Positions 38,596 through 47,728 of a stretch of DNA of 64,000 nucleotides are shown one piece after another; positions within the stretch are counted from its first letter, which is position 1; each line of letters starts with the position of its first letter. Location: NCBI GenBank assembly GCA_964515455.1, contig CAZEUD010000002.1, positions 15,430 through 79,429 of the forward strand, read 5' to 3'. Position numbers and translations under genes: made by a program. This DNA comes from an uncultured Sangeribacter sp. GTDB taxonomy: Bacteria; Bacteroidota; Bacteroidia; Bacteroidales; Muribaculaceae. The notes under the pieces were generated by a model that was not told the origin of the DNA, ran no database searches, and saw only the letters and a program-made list of their open reading frames with translations.

Positions 38596-40038
38596 TCAAT
38601 AGTTGAGCTTTCCTATAACTTTATCAAGATACACTTCACAAAGGTGAATACCTATTTCGGCATCTATTTTCTCAGAATGAGCCTGCAACCACGCTGTCTG
38701 CGCAGCTATCACATCGTTGGTGGTCATAACCCCCTCCTTAAACCCTATTTCGGCACATCTCAGGTTTTCCTCGGCACTTGACATATTCTCTTTTGTCATG
38801 TCGTAGGTTTTGAATGCTTCCTGAAAACTGAATTTGGCTTGCTGCACCTGCAGATCCACCTTCTCTTCAAGATCTTCCAGCAAAAGGCGTTGGGCGTTGG
38901 TAGCTGATTTGGCGGCTTTGTAATGATTGTAGTTGCCACCCCAATGCCATATCGGTATCGCCAATGTGGCTCCCACGCTGAAGCCGCCGCCGAATCGTTT
39001 TTTGAATCCATCGTTGAAATTGGGATTGGAGAATTCATAGGCACCGACAATTGCCAGTTTCGGGAGCATATTGCCCAAGGCAAGCTTTTCGCGTCCTGCA
39101 AGCAATGAGATCCCCCGGCGTATCACTTCCAGATCCTGGCGTCGGGAATATACATCCTGCATATCATATACAGGATCTCCGCCAGTGATCAGCATGCTTT
39201 TGAAATCCTCGTCTGCGAGATGCATATCGGATTGGACGGGGAGTCCGCACACTTGTGCAAGAGCCATGCGGGCAAGCGTCAAACCGTTGTCGAGTTTTGT
39301 GCGCATGATTTTGGCCTCGTTGAGTTTGACATCCACCGTAAGGAGATCTGCGCGGGTGGCCACTCCGGCTTTCAGCATCTCACTGACGCTGTAACGGAGA
39401 GTGTCAACCAATGTTACGAAACTTTCGGCAAGTTTCTGTTTGGATTTGAGTGAGACCACAGTCCAGTAAGCCTGATCCACAGCGTATATAACATCTTGCA
39501 CCACGCTGTTGCGGGTTGCTGCTGCAATCTCCCCGGCATATTTTGTAATATCGTTTAAGGCTTTGATTTGTCCACCCATAAACACAGGTTGGGTAAGGGT
39601 GAATGCCCCGGCGAATACGTTATGAGTGTCATAGCTCATCGCCTCCTTTGGTATTACGGCAATCTCAGTAGGGATGTAGCTGCCTGTCGACGGGTCTGTC
39701 ACAGGGATTCCGTCAGCCCCGGTGAGAATATTGTATTTATACGACATGGTGGTAGGGTCGAAACTCATTGTAGGGAGTTTTGCATCTTCACCAAGCAGAT
39801 TTATTGTACGCTGGTTGTGGAAGTATGTCCCGGCAAAATCTATGCCCGGCAGATACAGGGATTTGGCTGCCTTGCGTTCATAGCCGGCGCCGTGCACAGC
39901 TTCTTCCGCCATACGGATGGTCTTGTTGTTGCGCACCGCCATATTCCTGCAGGAGTCCAGCGAATAAGTCTGGGAGCCGGCAGTAAAAGCAGTGGTAATG
40001 ACCGAGCTGTATATCAAAATGTGTTTTAGTAGGGTCAT
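38596..40038 (-). CDS. TolC family outer membrane efflux protein
   Basis: Signal peptide, YSLDSCRNMAVRNN, LTQPVFMGG, LAIPIWHWG, GFKEG. Confidence 0.92.
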   Translation of the reverse strand: MTLLKHILIYSSVITTAFTAGSQTYSLDSCRNMAVRNNKTIRMAEEAVHGAGYERKAAKSLYLPGIDFAGTYFHNQRTINLLGEDAKLPTMSFDPTTMSYKYNILTGADGIPVTDPSTGSYIPTEIAVIPKEAMSYDTHNVFAGAFTLTQPVFMGGQIKALNDITKYAGEIAAATRNSVVQDVIYAVDQAYWTVVSLKSKQKLAESFVTLVDTLRYSVSEMLKAGVATRADLLTVDVKLNEAKIMRTKLDNGLTLARMALAQVCGLPVQSDMHLADEDFKSMLITGGDPVYDMQDVYSRRQDLEVIRRGISLLAGREKLALGNMLPKLAIVGAYEFSNPNFNDGFKKRFGGGFSVGATLAIPIWHWGGNYNHYKAAKSATNAQRLLLEDLEEKVDLQVQQAKFSFQEAFKTYDMTKENMSSAEENLRCAEIGFKEGVMTTNDVIAAQTAWLQAHSEKIDAEIGIHLCEVYLDKVIGKLNY

Positions 40039-40110
40039 ATAAACTTATGGATGGAATCAGTTTTACAAAACAATAAACGGCATTTATGAGATAGACTCCT
40101 GTTTAAAATA

Positions 40111-40148
40111 CAAAATTAATAACATTTTTGTTTTATTTAGTAATTTTG
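40111..40148. promoter_or_regulatory. Back-to-back -7 elements for tolC (minus, 40111-40118) and MATE (plus, 40141-40148)
   Basis: CAAAATTA at 40111 and TAATTTTG at 40141. Confidence 0.55.
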
Positions 40149-40175
40149 TACTTGAAATTATTGTATCCGCTGATT

Positions 40176-41528
40176 ATGGCTGTTTCTGAATTAAAATCAA
40201 AATACAGGGAGGAATATGCGAGCCTGTTCAGGTTGGGATTGCCGGTGCTTGTTACGCAGGTGGGAATCATTGTGGTAAGTTTTGCTGACACTATGATGGT
40301 GGGTGCCTATGGTGTGGATGAATTGGCGGCCGCCGCCTTTGTAAACTCATTGTTTGTAATTCCGACAGTTATGCAGATAGGGTTTGCGCAGGGTCTGACC
40401 CCCTTGGTTGGTGCTTTGTTCGGAAGGGGTGAAAAACGGTCGGTAGGGCATACGCTTCATGCAGGTGTGCAGATAAATATAGCAGTATCGCTGGTGTTGA
40501 CCGCTATTATGTGTGCGTTATATTTCTTCCTTGACAAGTTTGGTCAGCCTGAAGAACTTATGCCGCTTGTCAGGGAATATTATCTTATAATACTTGCTAC
40601 GATGCTTCCTATGTCTGTGTTCAATTCATTCCAGCAGACTTGCAACGGAGTTAATGACACGGCATTGCCCATGTGGATGATATTGGGTGCCAATGTGCTC
40701 AATATATTCGGAAACTATCTGCTGATATTCGGAAAGTGGGGGTGTCCTGAATTGGGACTTGCCGGAGCGGGAGTAAGCACGCTTGTTGCTCGTTATGTGG
40801 GAGCCGTAGCCATAGTCATTGCTTTCTTCCGGTTTAATAAGTATGAGCAGTATACACACGGCTTCAAAGAGAAACAAGGTTTGGGGGATATACGCAGAAA
40901 CGTGTGGGCAACATCATATCCTGTGATGGTGCAGAGCGGTATAGAGTGTTCTCTATGGAGTTTGGGGGCAGTGGTGAGTGGTTGGTTCGGGAAGATACAA
41001 CTGGCGGCATATCAGGTGGTGAATACCGTGTCGCAGCTCGGATTCATGACCTTTGTCAGTTTCGGAACAGCCGTATCAATACGTGTAGCCAATTATATGG
41101 GTGTTGGAGATTTAAAAGGTATGCGGCGTATTACCATGGCAGGTTTGCATCTTAATCTTGTGCTCGCCACATTGGCATCCATCATATTTTATTTCGGAGG
41201 CAGATGGCTTATACATTGCTTCACGCCTGATGCAGATGTGATAACCTCGGCATTGACCTTGATAGTGCCCCTGGTGATATATCAATACATGGATGCCACG
41301 CAATTAACGTATGTTAATGCAAACAGAGGCACATCACATGTAAGTCCCTTGCTATGGATTTCCGTATGCTCCTATATTGTGGTGGGAGTCCCGGTAATGT
41401 TATTATTTGCGAATACACTTGGCGGTGGCAACATCGGTGTATATTACAGCTTTGACGTAGCTCTCCTGGTAGCCTCCGTCATGGCTACCCTCATCTTCTA
41501 CCGCACCCTCCGCCGGCTACCCTCATGA
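40176..41528 (+). CDS. MATE family efflux transporter
   Basis: LFRLGLPV, ADTMMVG, two-repeat 12-TM pattern; start ATG 40176. Confidence 0.93.
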   Translation: MAVSELKSKYREEYASLFRLGLPVLVTQVGIIVVSFADTMMVGAYGVDELAAAAFVNSLFVIPTVMQIGFAQGLTPLVGALFGRGEKRSVGHTLHAGVQINIAVSLVLTAIMCALYFFLDKFGQPEELMPLVREYYLIILATMLPMSVFNSFQQTCNGVNDTALPMWMILGANVLNIFGNYLLIFGKWGCPELGLAGAGVSTLVARYVGAVAIVIAFFRFNKYEQYTHGFKEKQGLGDIRRNVWATSYPVMVQSGIECSLWSLGAVVSGWFGKIQLAAYQVVNTVSQLGFMTFVSFGTAVSIRVANYMGVGDLKGMRRITMAGLHLNLVLATLASIIFYFGGRWLIHCFTPDADVITSALTLIVPLVIYQYMDATQLTYVNANRGTSHVSPLLWISVCSYIVVGVPVMLLFANTLGGGNIGVYYSFDVALLVASVMATLIFYRTLRRLPS

Positions 41529-41543
41529 CTTGTTTAAAATAAG

Positions 41544-41574
41544 CACCATTCCACATATATGTTGAGGAATGGTG
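41544..41574 (-). terminator. Hairpin with U-rich tail on the minus strand (possibly bidirectional)
   Basis: CACCATTCC...GGAATGGTG around an ACATATATGT palindrome; the minus strand continues CTTATTTT. Confidence 0.6.
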
Positions 41575-41607
41575 TCGACTCACTCACTAACTTCTACCCT
41601 ATGATTT

Positions 41608-41748
41608 TTACCAATTTTCTGAAAGGTCTGTTGTTTCTGTCATGTCGTTTTCAATGTCGTACAATTCCCAGTCTCCTGCATTGGGATAGGGGTGCAGAGT
41701 GCGCCAGCTTCCCGGATATTCCGGACATTGACATGAATTTGTTGACAT
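41608..41748 (-). pseudogene. Probable sulfatase C-terminal remnant
   Basis: GSWRTLHPYPNAGDWELYDIENDMTETTDLS resembles the GxWKLV...WELYDLxxDxxETxDL tail of sulfatases; the rest of the gene is absent. Confidence 0.55.
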
Positions 41749-41788
41749 AATACACGACTGATTAATAACTTTTCGTGGAGCGGGGCAA

Positions 41789-41819
41789 TTTGCCGAATGG
41801 AAATTTTTTATTACTTTTG
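41789..41819 (+). promoter_or_regulatory. Canonical Bacteroidetes promoter TTTG-N19-TACTTTTG
   Basis: -33 at 41789-41792 and -7 at 41812-41819. Confidence 0.7.
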
Positions 41820-41846
41820 CACAATGGATTACAAAATTATAAAGTA

Positions 41847-41909
41847 ATGGAATACAGGCACAGAATAGCTGACAAAATTTTGGCTGAAAAACTCGAATCA
41901 TACTCATGA
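41847..41909 (+). pseudogene. 20-codon ORF resembling the N-terminus of AAA/DUF4143 ATP-binding proteins
   Basis: MEYRHRIADKILAEKLESYS-stop. Recalled family starts read like M..YR.RIAD.IL..KL followed by GAVLIEGPK..GKT; the stop overlaps the next ATG (ATGA). Confidence 0.55.
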
Positions 41910-42424
41910 AAAAATTTATCCTTACAATTTTTATTGTGACAGTTGTCGTCATCTCATCCAAAGCAGAAGATTCCAAAATGTGGTTAGGCGGAGGAGTAGG
42001 ACTTGATTTTGTGGCTAATACAGAAGGAGACAATTCTGTGTCGTTCGGTGTAGCACCAGAGTTTGGTTACAAAATAAATAATCATTGGGCAATAGCGGGT
42101 GAATTAGGATATAATATCTCAAATTCGTATGGAGATAAAAGCAACACATTTATTATAGGTCCATATGTGCGTTACACCTTTTTTGATAATAACCGATTAT
42201 CATTTTTTGGAGAGTTTGCATTTCATTATGCACATATAGACTCAGGGTGGGAAGCTGATGGTATGGAATTTATTTTACGACCCGGTATGCTCGTCAAACT
42301 AAATGAGAAATGGTCTCTTACAGGTAAAATTAATCTGTTTGAATATGCATACATTGAAGAAGCCTCTGCTGTCGGTGTCCATATAACAACCGGCTTAAGC
42401 ATAGGCTTTATATATAATTTTTAA
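41906..42424 (+). CDS. Small outer-membrane beta-barrel protein
   Basis: Signal peptide, amphipathic strands (VAPEFGYKIN, IGPYVRYTF), terminal YNF; AT-rich (19/60 GC at 42061-42120). Confidence 0.85.
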   Translation: MKKFILTIFIVTVVVISSKAEDSKMWLGGGVGLDFVANTEGDNSVSFGVAPEFGYKINNHWAIAGELGYNISNSYGDKSNTFIIGPYVRYTFFDNNRLSFFGEFAFHYAHIDSGWEADGMEFILRPGMLVKLNEKWSLTGKINLFEYAYIEEASAVGVHITTGLSIGFIYNF

Positions 42425-42443
42425 ACACTTTGTCTTAAATTGT

Positions 42444-43403
42444 TTATTGGATTGCATCGGGGTCTTCATCGCGTTCGCGGTGTTCGTAGGCATCGACAAT
42501 GCGTTGCACGAGAGGATGCCGCACGATGTCTTTCTTTTCAAATTCTATAACTCCGATACCTTTTACCCCTTTAAGTATGCGTAATGCTTGCAAAAGACCA
42601 CTCTGCATAGTATGTGGCAAGTCGATTTGCGTGGTATCGCCTGTGACTATCATCTTTCCGTTCATGCCCAAACGGGTAAGAAACATTTTCATCTGATGAC
42701 GTGTGGTGTTCTGTGCTTCATCAAGTATTATCACAGCGTCATTGAGCGTGCGACCGCGCATGAAAGCGAGCGGGGCAATCTGGATGGTCTGTGCCTCCAT
42801 GTATTCTTTCAGTTTCTGCTGGGGAATCATATACTCCAGAGCATCATATAGAGGTTGCAGATACGGGTCAATCTTATCCTTCATGTCTCCGGGTAAAAAA
42901 CCGAGTTTCTCACCTGCCTCCACAGCCGGACGCGAAAGGATGATTTTGCGGCATTGCTTGTTTTTAAGTGCATGCACCGCCAGAGCAATGGCTATATAGG
43001 TTTTGCCGGTGCCGGCAGGACCGAGGGCGAATGTAAGGTCATTCTGGGAGAAACTCCTCACCATTTTCGCCTGATTGGCATTGCGAGGGGCTATTGGTTT
43101 GCCATTCTGTCCATATATAATGACACCTTCGGCGTTCACCTCCTTGGGAGGGTCGCCGCGCACGATATCTATTATAGCCTCCTCGTCGAGTTTGTTATAT
43201 TTAGCAGCGTGAGCTTCAATTTCATGCACCTTCTTCTCGAATTCTGCAGTCTCGCTCTCTTCGCCTATCACCTTTATCACATTGCCGCGAGCCGCCATGC
43301 GCAATTTGGGGAACAGATTGCGTATGAGACTGATGTTTGAGTTGTTGACACCATAGAATACATGTGGGTCAACATTGTCTATTATCACTATCCTTTCTAT
43401 CAT
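42444..43403 (-). CDS. phoH: PhoH family ATPase
   Basis: [43 protein letters not shown]. Confidence 0.95.
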   Translation of the reverse strand: MIERIVIIDNVDPHVFYGVNNSNISLIRNLFPKLRMAARGNVIKVIGEESETAEFEKKVHEIEAHAAKYNKLDEEAIIDIVRGDPPKEVNAEGVIIYGQNGKPIAPRNANQAKMVRSFSQNDLTFALGPAGTGKTYIAIALAVHALKNKQCRKIILSRPAVEAGEKLGFLPGDMKDKIDPYLQPLYDALEYMIPQQKLKEYMEAQTIQIAPLAFMRGRTLNDAVIILDEAQNTTRHQMKMFLTRLGMNGKMIVTGDTTQIDLPHTMQSGLLQALRILKGVKGIGVIEFEKKDIVRHPLVQRIVDAYEHRERDEDPDAIQ

Positions 43404-44878
43404 CCCACAGATCCTTCAAGACTTATTTGTAACAGCTTCTGGGCTTCAACGGCAAACTCCATAGGCAGTTTGTTCATCACCTCTCTGGCGTAACCCCCTA
43501 CAATCAGGCTCACTGCCTCTTCCATAGGAATGCCGCGTTGCTGGCAATAGAAGAGTTGTTCCTCGTTGATTTTGGATGTTGTGGCCTCATGCTCCACAGT
43601 GGAGGTGTTATTGCGCACATCGATATAAGGGAAGGTGTGTGCACCACATTCATCCCCCATGAGCAGGGAATCGCATTGGGTGAAATTGCGGCATCCGGAA
43701 GCGTTTTTTGCCACTCTTACCAATCCCCGGTAGGAATTCTGAGACTTACCCGCCGAGATTCCTTTGCTGACGATTGTAGAACGTGAATTGCGGCCTATAT
43801 GTATCATCTTGGTGCCCGTATCAGCCTGCTGATAATTGTTGGTGACAGCCACAGAATAGAATTCACCTACAGATTCATCCCCTTTCAATACGCATGAAGG
43901 ATATTTCCATGTAATAGCGGAGCCGGTCTCCACCTGGGTCCAGGAAATCTTCGAGCGGTGTCCGCGGCAAAGTCCCCGTTTGGTTACGAAGTTATAGATT
44001 CCTCCTCTTCCTTCCTTATCACCGGCATACCAGTTTTGCACCGTACTGTATTTCACTTCAGCGCGTTCTTCGCATATTATTTCGACTATTGCAGCATGAA
44101 GCTGATTTTCATCGCGCATAGGAGCCGTGCAACCTTCGAGATAACTCACGTAGGCATCATCATCAGCCACAATGAGGGTGCGTTCGAACTGTCCTGTGCC
44201 GGAGGCGTTGATACGGAAATAAGTGCTCAGTTCCATAGGGCATCTCACCCCTTTGGGAATATATACGAAAGAACCATCGGAGAATACAGCTGAATTGAGG
44301 GCAGCATAATAGTTGTCGCGCCAGGATACAACCGAGCCGAGATATTTCTTTACCAGATCAGGATAATCCTTCACTGCTTCGGAAAACGAGCAGAAGATAA
44401 CGCCGAGTTCTGCGAGCTTTTCGCGGTGGGTGGTTTTGACGCTGACCGAATCCATTACGGCGTCCACGGCCACTCCGGCAAGTTGTTTCTGTTCTTCAAG
44501 GGAAATACCAAGTTTATTGAACGTTTTCACTAATTCCGGATCCACCTCATCCATACTTTTTTTCAATTCCTTTTGTTTGGGTGCAGCATAGTAGCTTATC
44601 GCCTGAAAATCAATTGGGGGGATTTTGAGATGCGCCCATTCCGGAGGGGTGAGGGTTTTCCAATAACGGAAAGCGTTGAGACGAAAATCAAGCAGCCATT
44701 CAGGTTCACCCTTCTTGGCGGAAATGAAACGGATTACATCCTCGTTGAGACCCGGTGGCACAATTTCAGTGTCAATATCCGAAGTAAACCCATATTTATA
44801 TTCCGAATCAGTAGCTTCACGGATTGTTCTTTCAGAGCTTTCGCGCTTGCCCAATTCTTTATCTGTATTATCCTTCAT
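43400..44878 (-). CDS. sufB: Fe-S cluster assembly scaffold SufB
   Basis: [58 protein letters not shown]. Confidence 0.97.
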   Translation of the reverse strand: MKDNTDKELGKRESSERTIREATDSEYKYGFTSDIDTEIVPPGLNEDVIRFISAKKGEPEWLLDFRLNAFRYWKTLTPPEWAHLKIPPIDFQAISYYAAPKQKELKKSMDEVDPELVKTFNKLGISLEEQKQLAGVAVDAVMDSVSVKTTHREKLAELGVIFCSFSEAVKDYPDLVKKYLGSVVSWRDNYYAALNSAVFSDGSFVYIPKGVRCPMELSTYFRINASGTGQFERTLIVADDDAYVSYLEGCTAPMRDENQLHAAIVEIICEERAEVKYSTVQNWYAGDKEGRGGIYNFVTKRGLCRGHRSKISWTQVETGSAITWKYPSCVLKGDESVGEFYSVAVTNNYQQADTGTKMIHIGRNSRSTIVSKGISAGKSQNSYRGLVRVAKNASGCRNFTQCDSLLMGDECGAHTFPYIDVRNNTSTVEHEATTSKINEEQLFYCQQRGIPMEEAVSLIVGGYAREVMNKLPMEFAVEAQKLLQISLEGSVG

Positions 44879-44970
44879 GTTCAGTTGTAATTTCCATCAT
44901 ACGCAAGCGGTAACTCCAATCATAATATTTTAAAGAGAGTGATTGAAGCGTGCTTCACATATTTAATACG

Positions 44971-44978
44971 CAAAATTA
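44971..44978 (-). promoter_or_regulatory. -7 element (TAATTTTG on minus strand) for sufB-phoH
   Basis: CAAAATTA on the plus strand, 93 nt upstream of sufB. Confidence 0.55.
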
Positions 44979-45142
44979 CAAAAAATAGTTTTTAATCATT
45001 ACTAAAGTCCCGATTATTCTTCAAGAACAGATATTAGTTGTCAAAAATTTTATTAACCGGGATCTAATGAGCATTTGTGTCCGGTGATAAATTAAAAAGT
45101 GTTAGGGGGGAGATAAAAAATATGAAAGAGGATGAAAGAGGG

Positions 45143-45174
45143 TTTGCAATATTAACGAATTGTTGTTATCTTTG
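45143..45174 (+). promoter_or_regulatory. Canonical promoter TTTG-N20-TATCTTTG of the galactose operon
   Basis: -33 at 45143-45146 and -7 at 45167-45174. Confidence 0.78.
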
Positions 45175-45250
45175 TAGGAGAAAGAGAAGAGCATATCCCG
45201 GAGCGGATATTGCGAGATTATTAGCTACATAAGTATATAACCAAACAGAC

Positions 45251-47662
45251 ATGACAGGAAGAAAACACATAGTTGCAGCGTTAGCTGCGCTCTTTTTGAG
45301 TTTCGGCGTATATGCGCAGAGGAACGAGACAGAACTTAAACAGTGGGATTTTTCGCGGGATTCTGTGGCTTGGAATCATGTGACAATCCCTCATGACTGG
45401 GCAATCTACGGTCCCTTTGACCGCAATAATGACCTGCAGAAGGTGATGGTGGAACAGAATGGTGAAACCGAGGCCACCTGGAAGACAGGTCGTACGGGTG
45501 GTCTCCCTTATGTAGGCAAAGGGTATTACAAAACTACATTCGAAGTTGCCGATACTGCCGGCAAAATCCAGACACTCCTTTTTGACGGAGCAATGAGTCA
45601 TGCAAATGTGAAGGTTAATGGCATGGATGTGATATACTGGCCCTATGGCTACAACAGTTTCTATGTAGATCTGAAAGGGGTGACACATCCCGGCAAGAAT
45701 ATTGTTGAGGTAAGTCTGGAGAATCCCGACCGCTCATCGAGGTGGTATCCGGGTGCAGGTCTTTACCGCAATGTGCATCTAATAGAGACGGATGATGTGC
45801 ATATACCGGTATGGGGCACATATATCACCACTCCTTACGTTTCCAAAGAGTATGCCACGGTTCATCTTGTCACGGAGATTGAGGGTGCAAAAAAGGGTGA
45901 ATATGTGGATCTTTCCACTGTGATACGCAATGCCGAGGGCAAGGAAGTTGCAAGTGATACTCACCGCTACAAGATATATCCGGGTGTAGATTTGAAACAG
46001 AATTTTGTAGTAAACAATCCATCGCTATGGACACCGGACACACCTTCGCTCTATACAGCGGAGACAACAGTCAGCGTTGATGGCAAAGTAGTGGATAAAT
46101 ACGACACTCGCTTCGGTATCCGTTCCGTGGAGGTACGCGATGGCGTGGGTTTCTTCCTGAATGGGGAGAAGATTCAATTCAAGGGTGTTTGTCTGCATCA
46201 TGACCTCGGTCCGCTCGGAGCGGCTGTAAATACAGAGGCATTGCGCCATCAGCTTGAAATGATGAAAGAGATGGGAGCGAATGCAATCCGCACCACACAC
46301 AATATGCCCACACCGGAGCAGGTGGCTCTTTGCGATGAGATGGGTCTTATGGTGATGGTCGAGCCTTTTGACGACTGGGGCTTCCGTCCGAAAAGTCAGA
46401 ACGGTTACGGCACATTGTTTAACGATTGGGCAGAGTGCGATGTGGTGAATATGGTTAAAAACTACCGTAACAATCCCTCGGTGGTGATGTGGTCTGTCGG
46501 CAATGAAGTTCCGAGTCAATGGTGGGATGAGGGTCTATCGGAGCTTAAGATGCTTCAGGATATAGTGCACAGGGAGGATCCTACGCGTCCTGTAACCTGC
46601 GGCATGGACCAGATAGATGCCGTGATAAACAATGGTTTCGGAGCAGAGCTTGATGTGCCGGGGTTCAACTATCGCGTGCACAGATATGAAGAGGGGCACG
46701 AGAAGTTGCCGCAAAATATACTTTTAGGTAGCGAGACTGCCTCTACGGTATCTTCCCGAGGAAAATATTATTTCCCGGTAGAGGTGAAAGCAGATGTGGT
46801 GCGCGAAGGGAACCAGTGCAAATCCTATGATGTGGAGTATTGCTCATGGAGCAATCTTCCCGACTACGATTTTGCAGCCGGCGATGACCAGCCTTGGAAC
46901 ATAGGGCAATTTGTATGGACAGGTTTTGACTATCTTGGAGAACCTTCTCCCTACGACACAGATGCATGGCCCTCTCACAGCAGCTATTTCGGCATCGTGG
47001 ATCTCGCATCCATTCCTAAAGACAGGTATTATCTCTACAGGTCGAAATGGAATGACAAAGAGCATACATTGCACATTCTTCCACATTGGAACTGGGAAGG
47101 TCGGGAAGGAGAGATAACTCCGGTATTTGTATATACAGATTCTCCAAAGGCAGAGCTTTTCATCAATGGCAAGAGTCAGGGGGTAAGGGAGAAGAATGAC
47201 TCCACCACATTAAACCGCTACCGTCTTATGTGGAATGAGACACGTTATGAGCCGGGTGAGGTGAAAGTTGTGGCATACAACGCTGACGGCACAGTGGCCG
47301 GAGAGAAGAGCATACGAACAGCCGGGAAACCCGACCATCTTGTGCTCACCCCCAACAAGCGCTCCATGAATGCGGATGGTGAAGATCTGGTATATATTAC
47401 GGTTCAGGTTGCCGACAAAGATGGCAATATCGTGCCCACAGATGAGCGCGAGGTGAAATTTACCACCAAGGGTGCCGGTAAATTCCGTGCTACAGCCAAC
47501 GGGGACCCGACGAGTTTGCGTCTTTTCCATCTTCCGGAGATGGATCTTTTCAGCGGGGCGGCTACAGCGATAGTGCAGTCAGGCACAGAGCCGGGCACTA
47601 TTACATTTGAGGTCAAAGCCAAGGGACTCAAGCCTGCGAAACTTGTCATTGAATCGAAATAA
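45251..47662 (+). CDS. Exported GH2 glycoside hydrolase (beta-galactosidase type)
   Basis: Signal peptide, SRWYPGAGLYRNV, GVCLHHDLG, NAIRTTHN, WSVGNEV (acid/base), GSET, FVWTGFDYLGEP. Confidence 0.93.
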   Translation: MTGRKHIVAALAALFLSFGVYAQRNETELKQWDFSRDSVAWNHVTIPHDWAIYGPFDRNNDLQKVMVEQNGETEATWKTGRTGGLPYVGKGYYKTTFEVADTAGKIQTLLFDGAMSHANVKVNGMDVIYWPYGYNSFYVDLKGVTHPGKNIVEVSLENPDRSSRWYPGAGLYRNVHLIETDDVHIPVWGTYITTPYVSKEYATVHLVTEIEGAKKGEYVDLSTVIRNAEGKEVASDTHRYKIYPGVDLKQNFVVNNPSLWTPDTPSLYTAETTVSVDGKVVDKYDTRFGIRSVEVRDGVGFFLNGEKIQFKGVCLHHDLGPLGAAVNTEALRHQLEMMKEMGANAIRTTHNMPTPEQVALCDEMGLMVMVEPFDDWGFRPKSQNGYGTLFNDWAECDVVNMVKNYRNNPSVVMWSVGNEVPSQWWDEGLSELKMLQDIVHREDPTRPVTCGMDQIDAVINNGFGAELDVPGFNYRVHRYEEGHEKLPQNILLGSETASTVSSRGKYYFPVEVKADVVREGNQCKSYDVEYCSWSNLPDYDFAAGDDQPWNIGQFVWTGFDYLGEPSPYDTDAWPSHSSYFGIVDLASIPKDRYYLYRSKWNDKEHTLHILPHWNWEGREGEITPVFVYTDSPKAELFINGKSQGVREKNDSTTLNRYRLMWNETRYEPGEVKVVAYNADGTVAGEKSIRTAGKPDHLVLTPNKRSMNADGEDLVYITVQVADKDGNIVPTDEREVKFTTKGAGKFRATANGDPTSLRLFHLPEMDLFSGAATAIVQSGTEPGTITFEVKAKGLKPAKLVIESK

Positions 47663-47728
47663 TATGAGCCAGTGTCAATAAATCAGGAATTAAAAAAAAT
47701 TATAATATACATTAAAATCAGAAACGAC

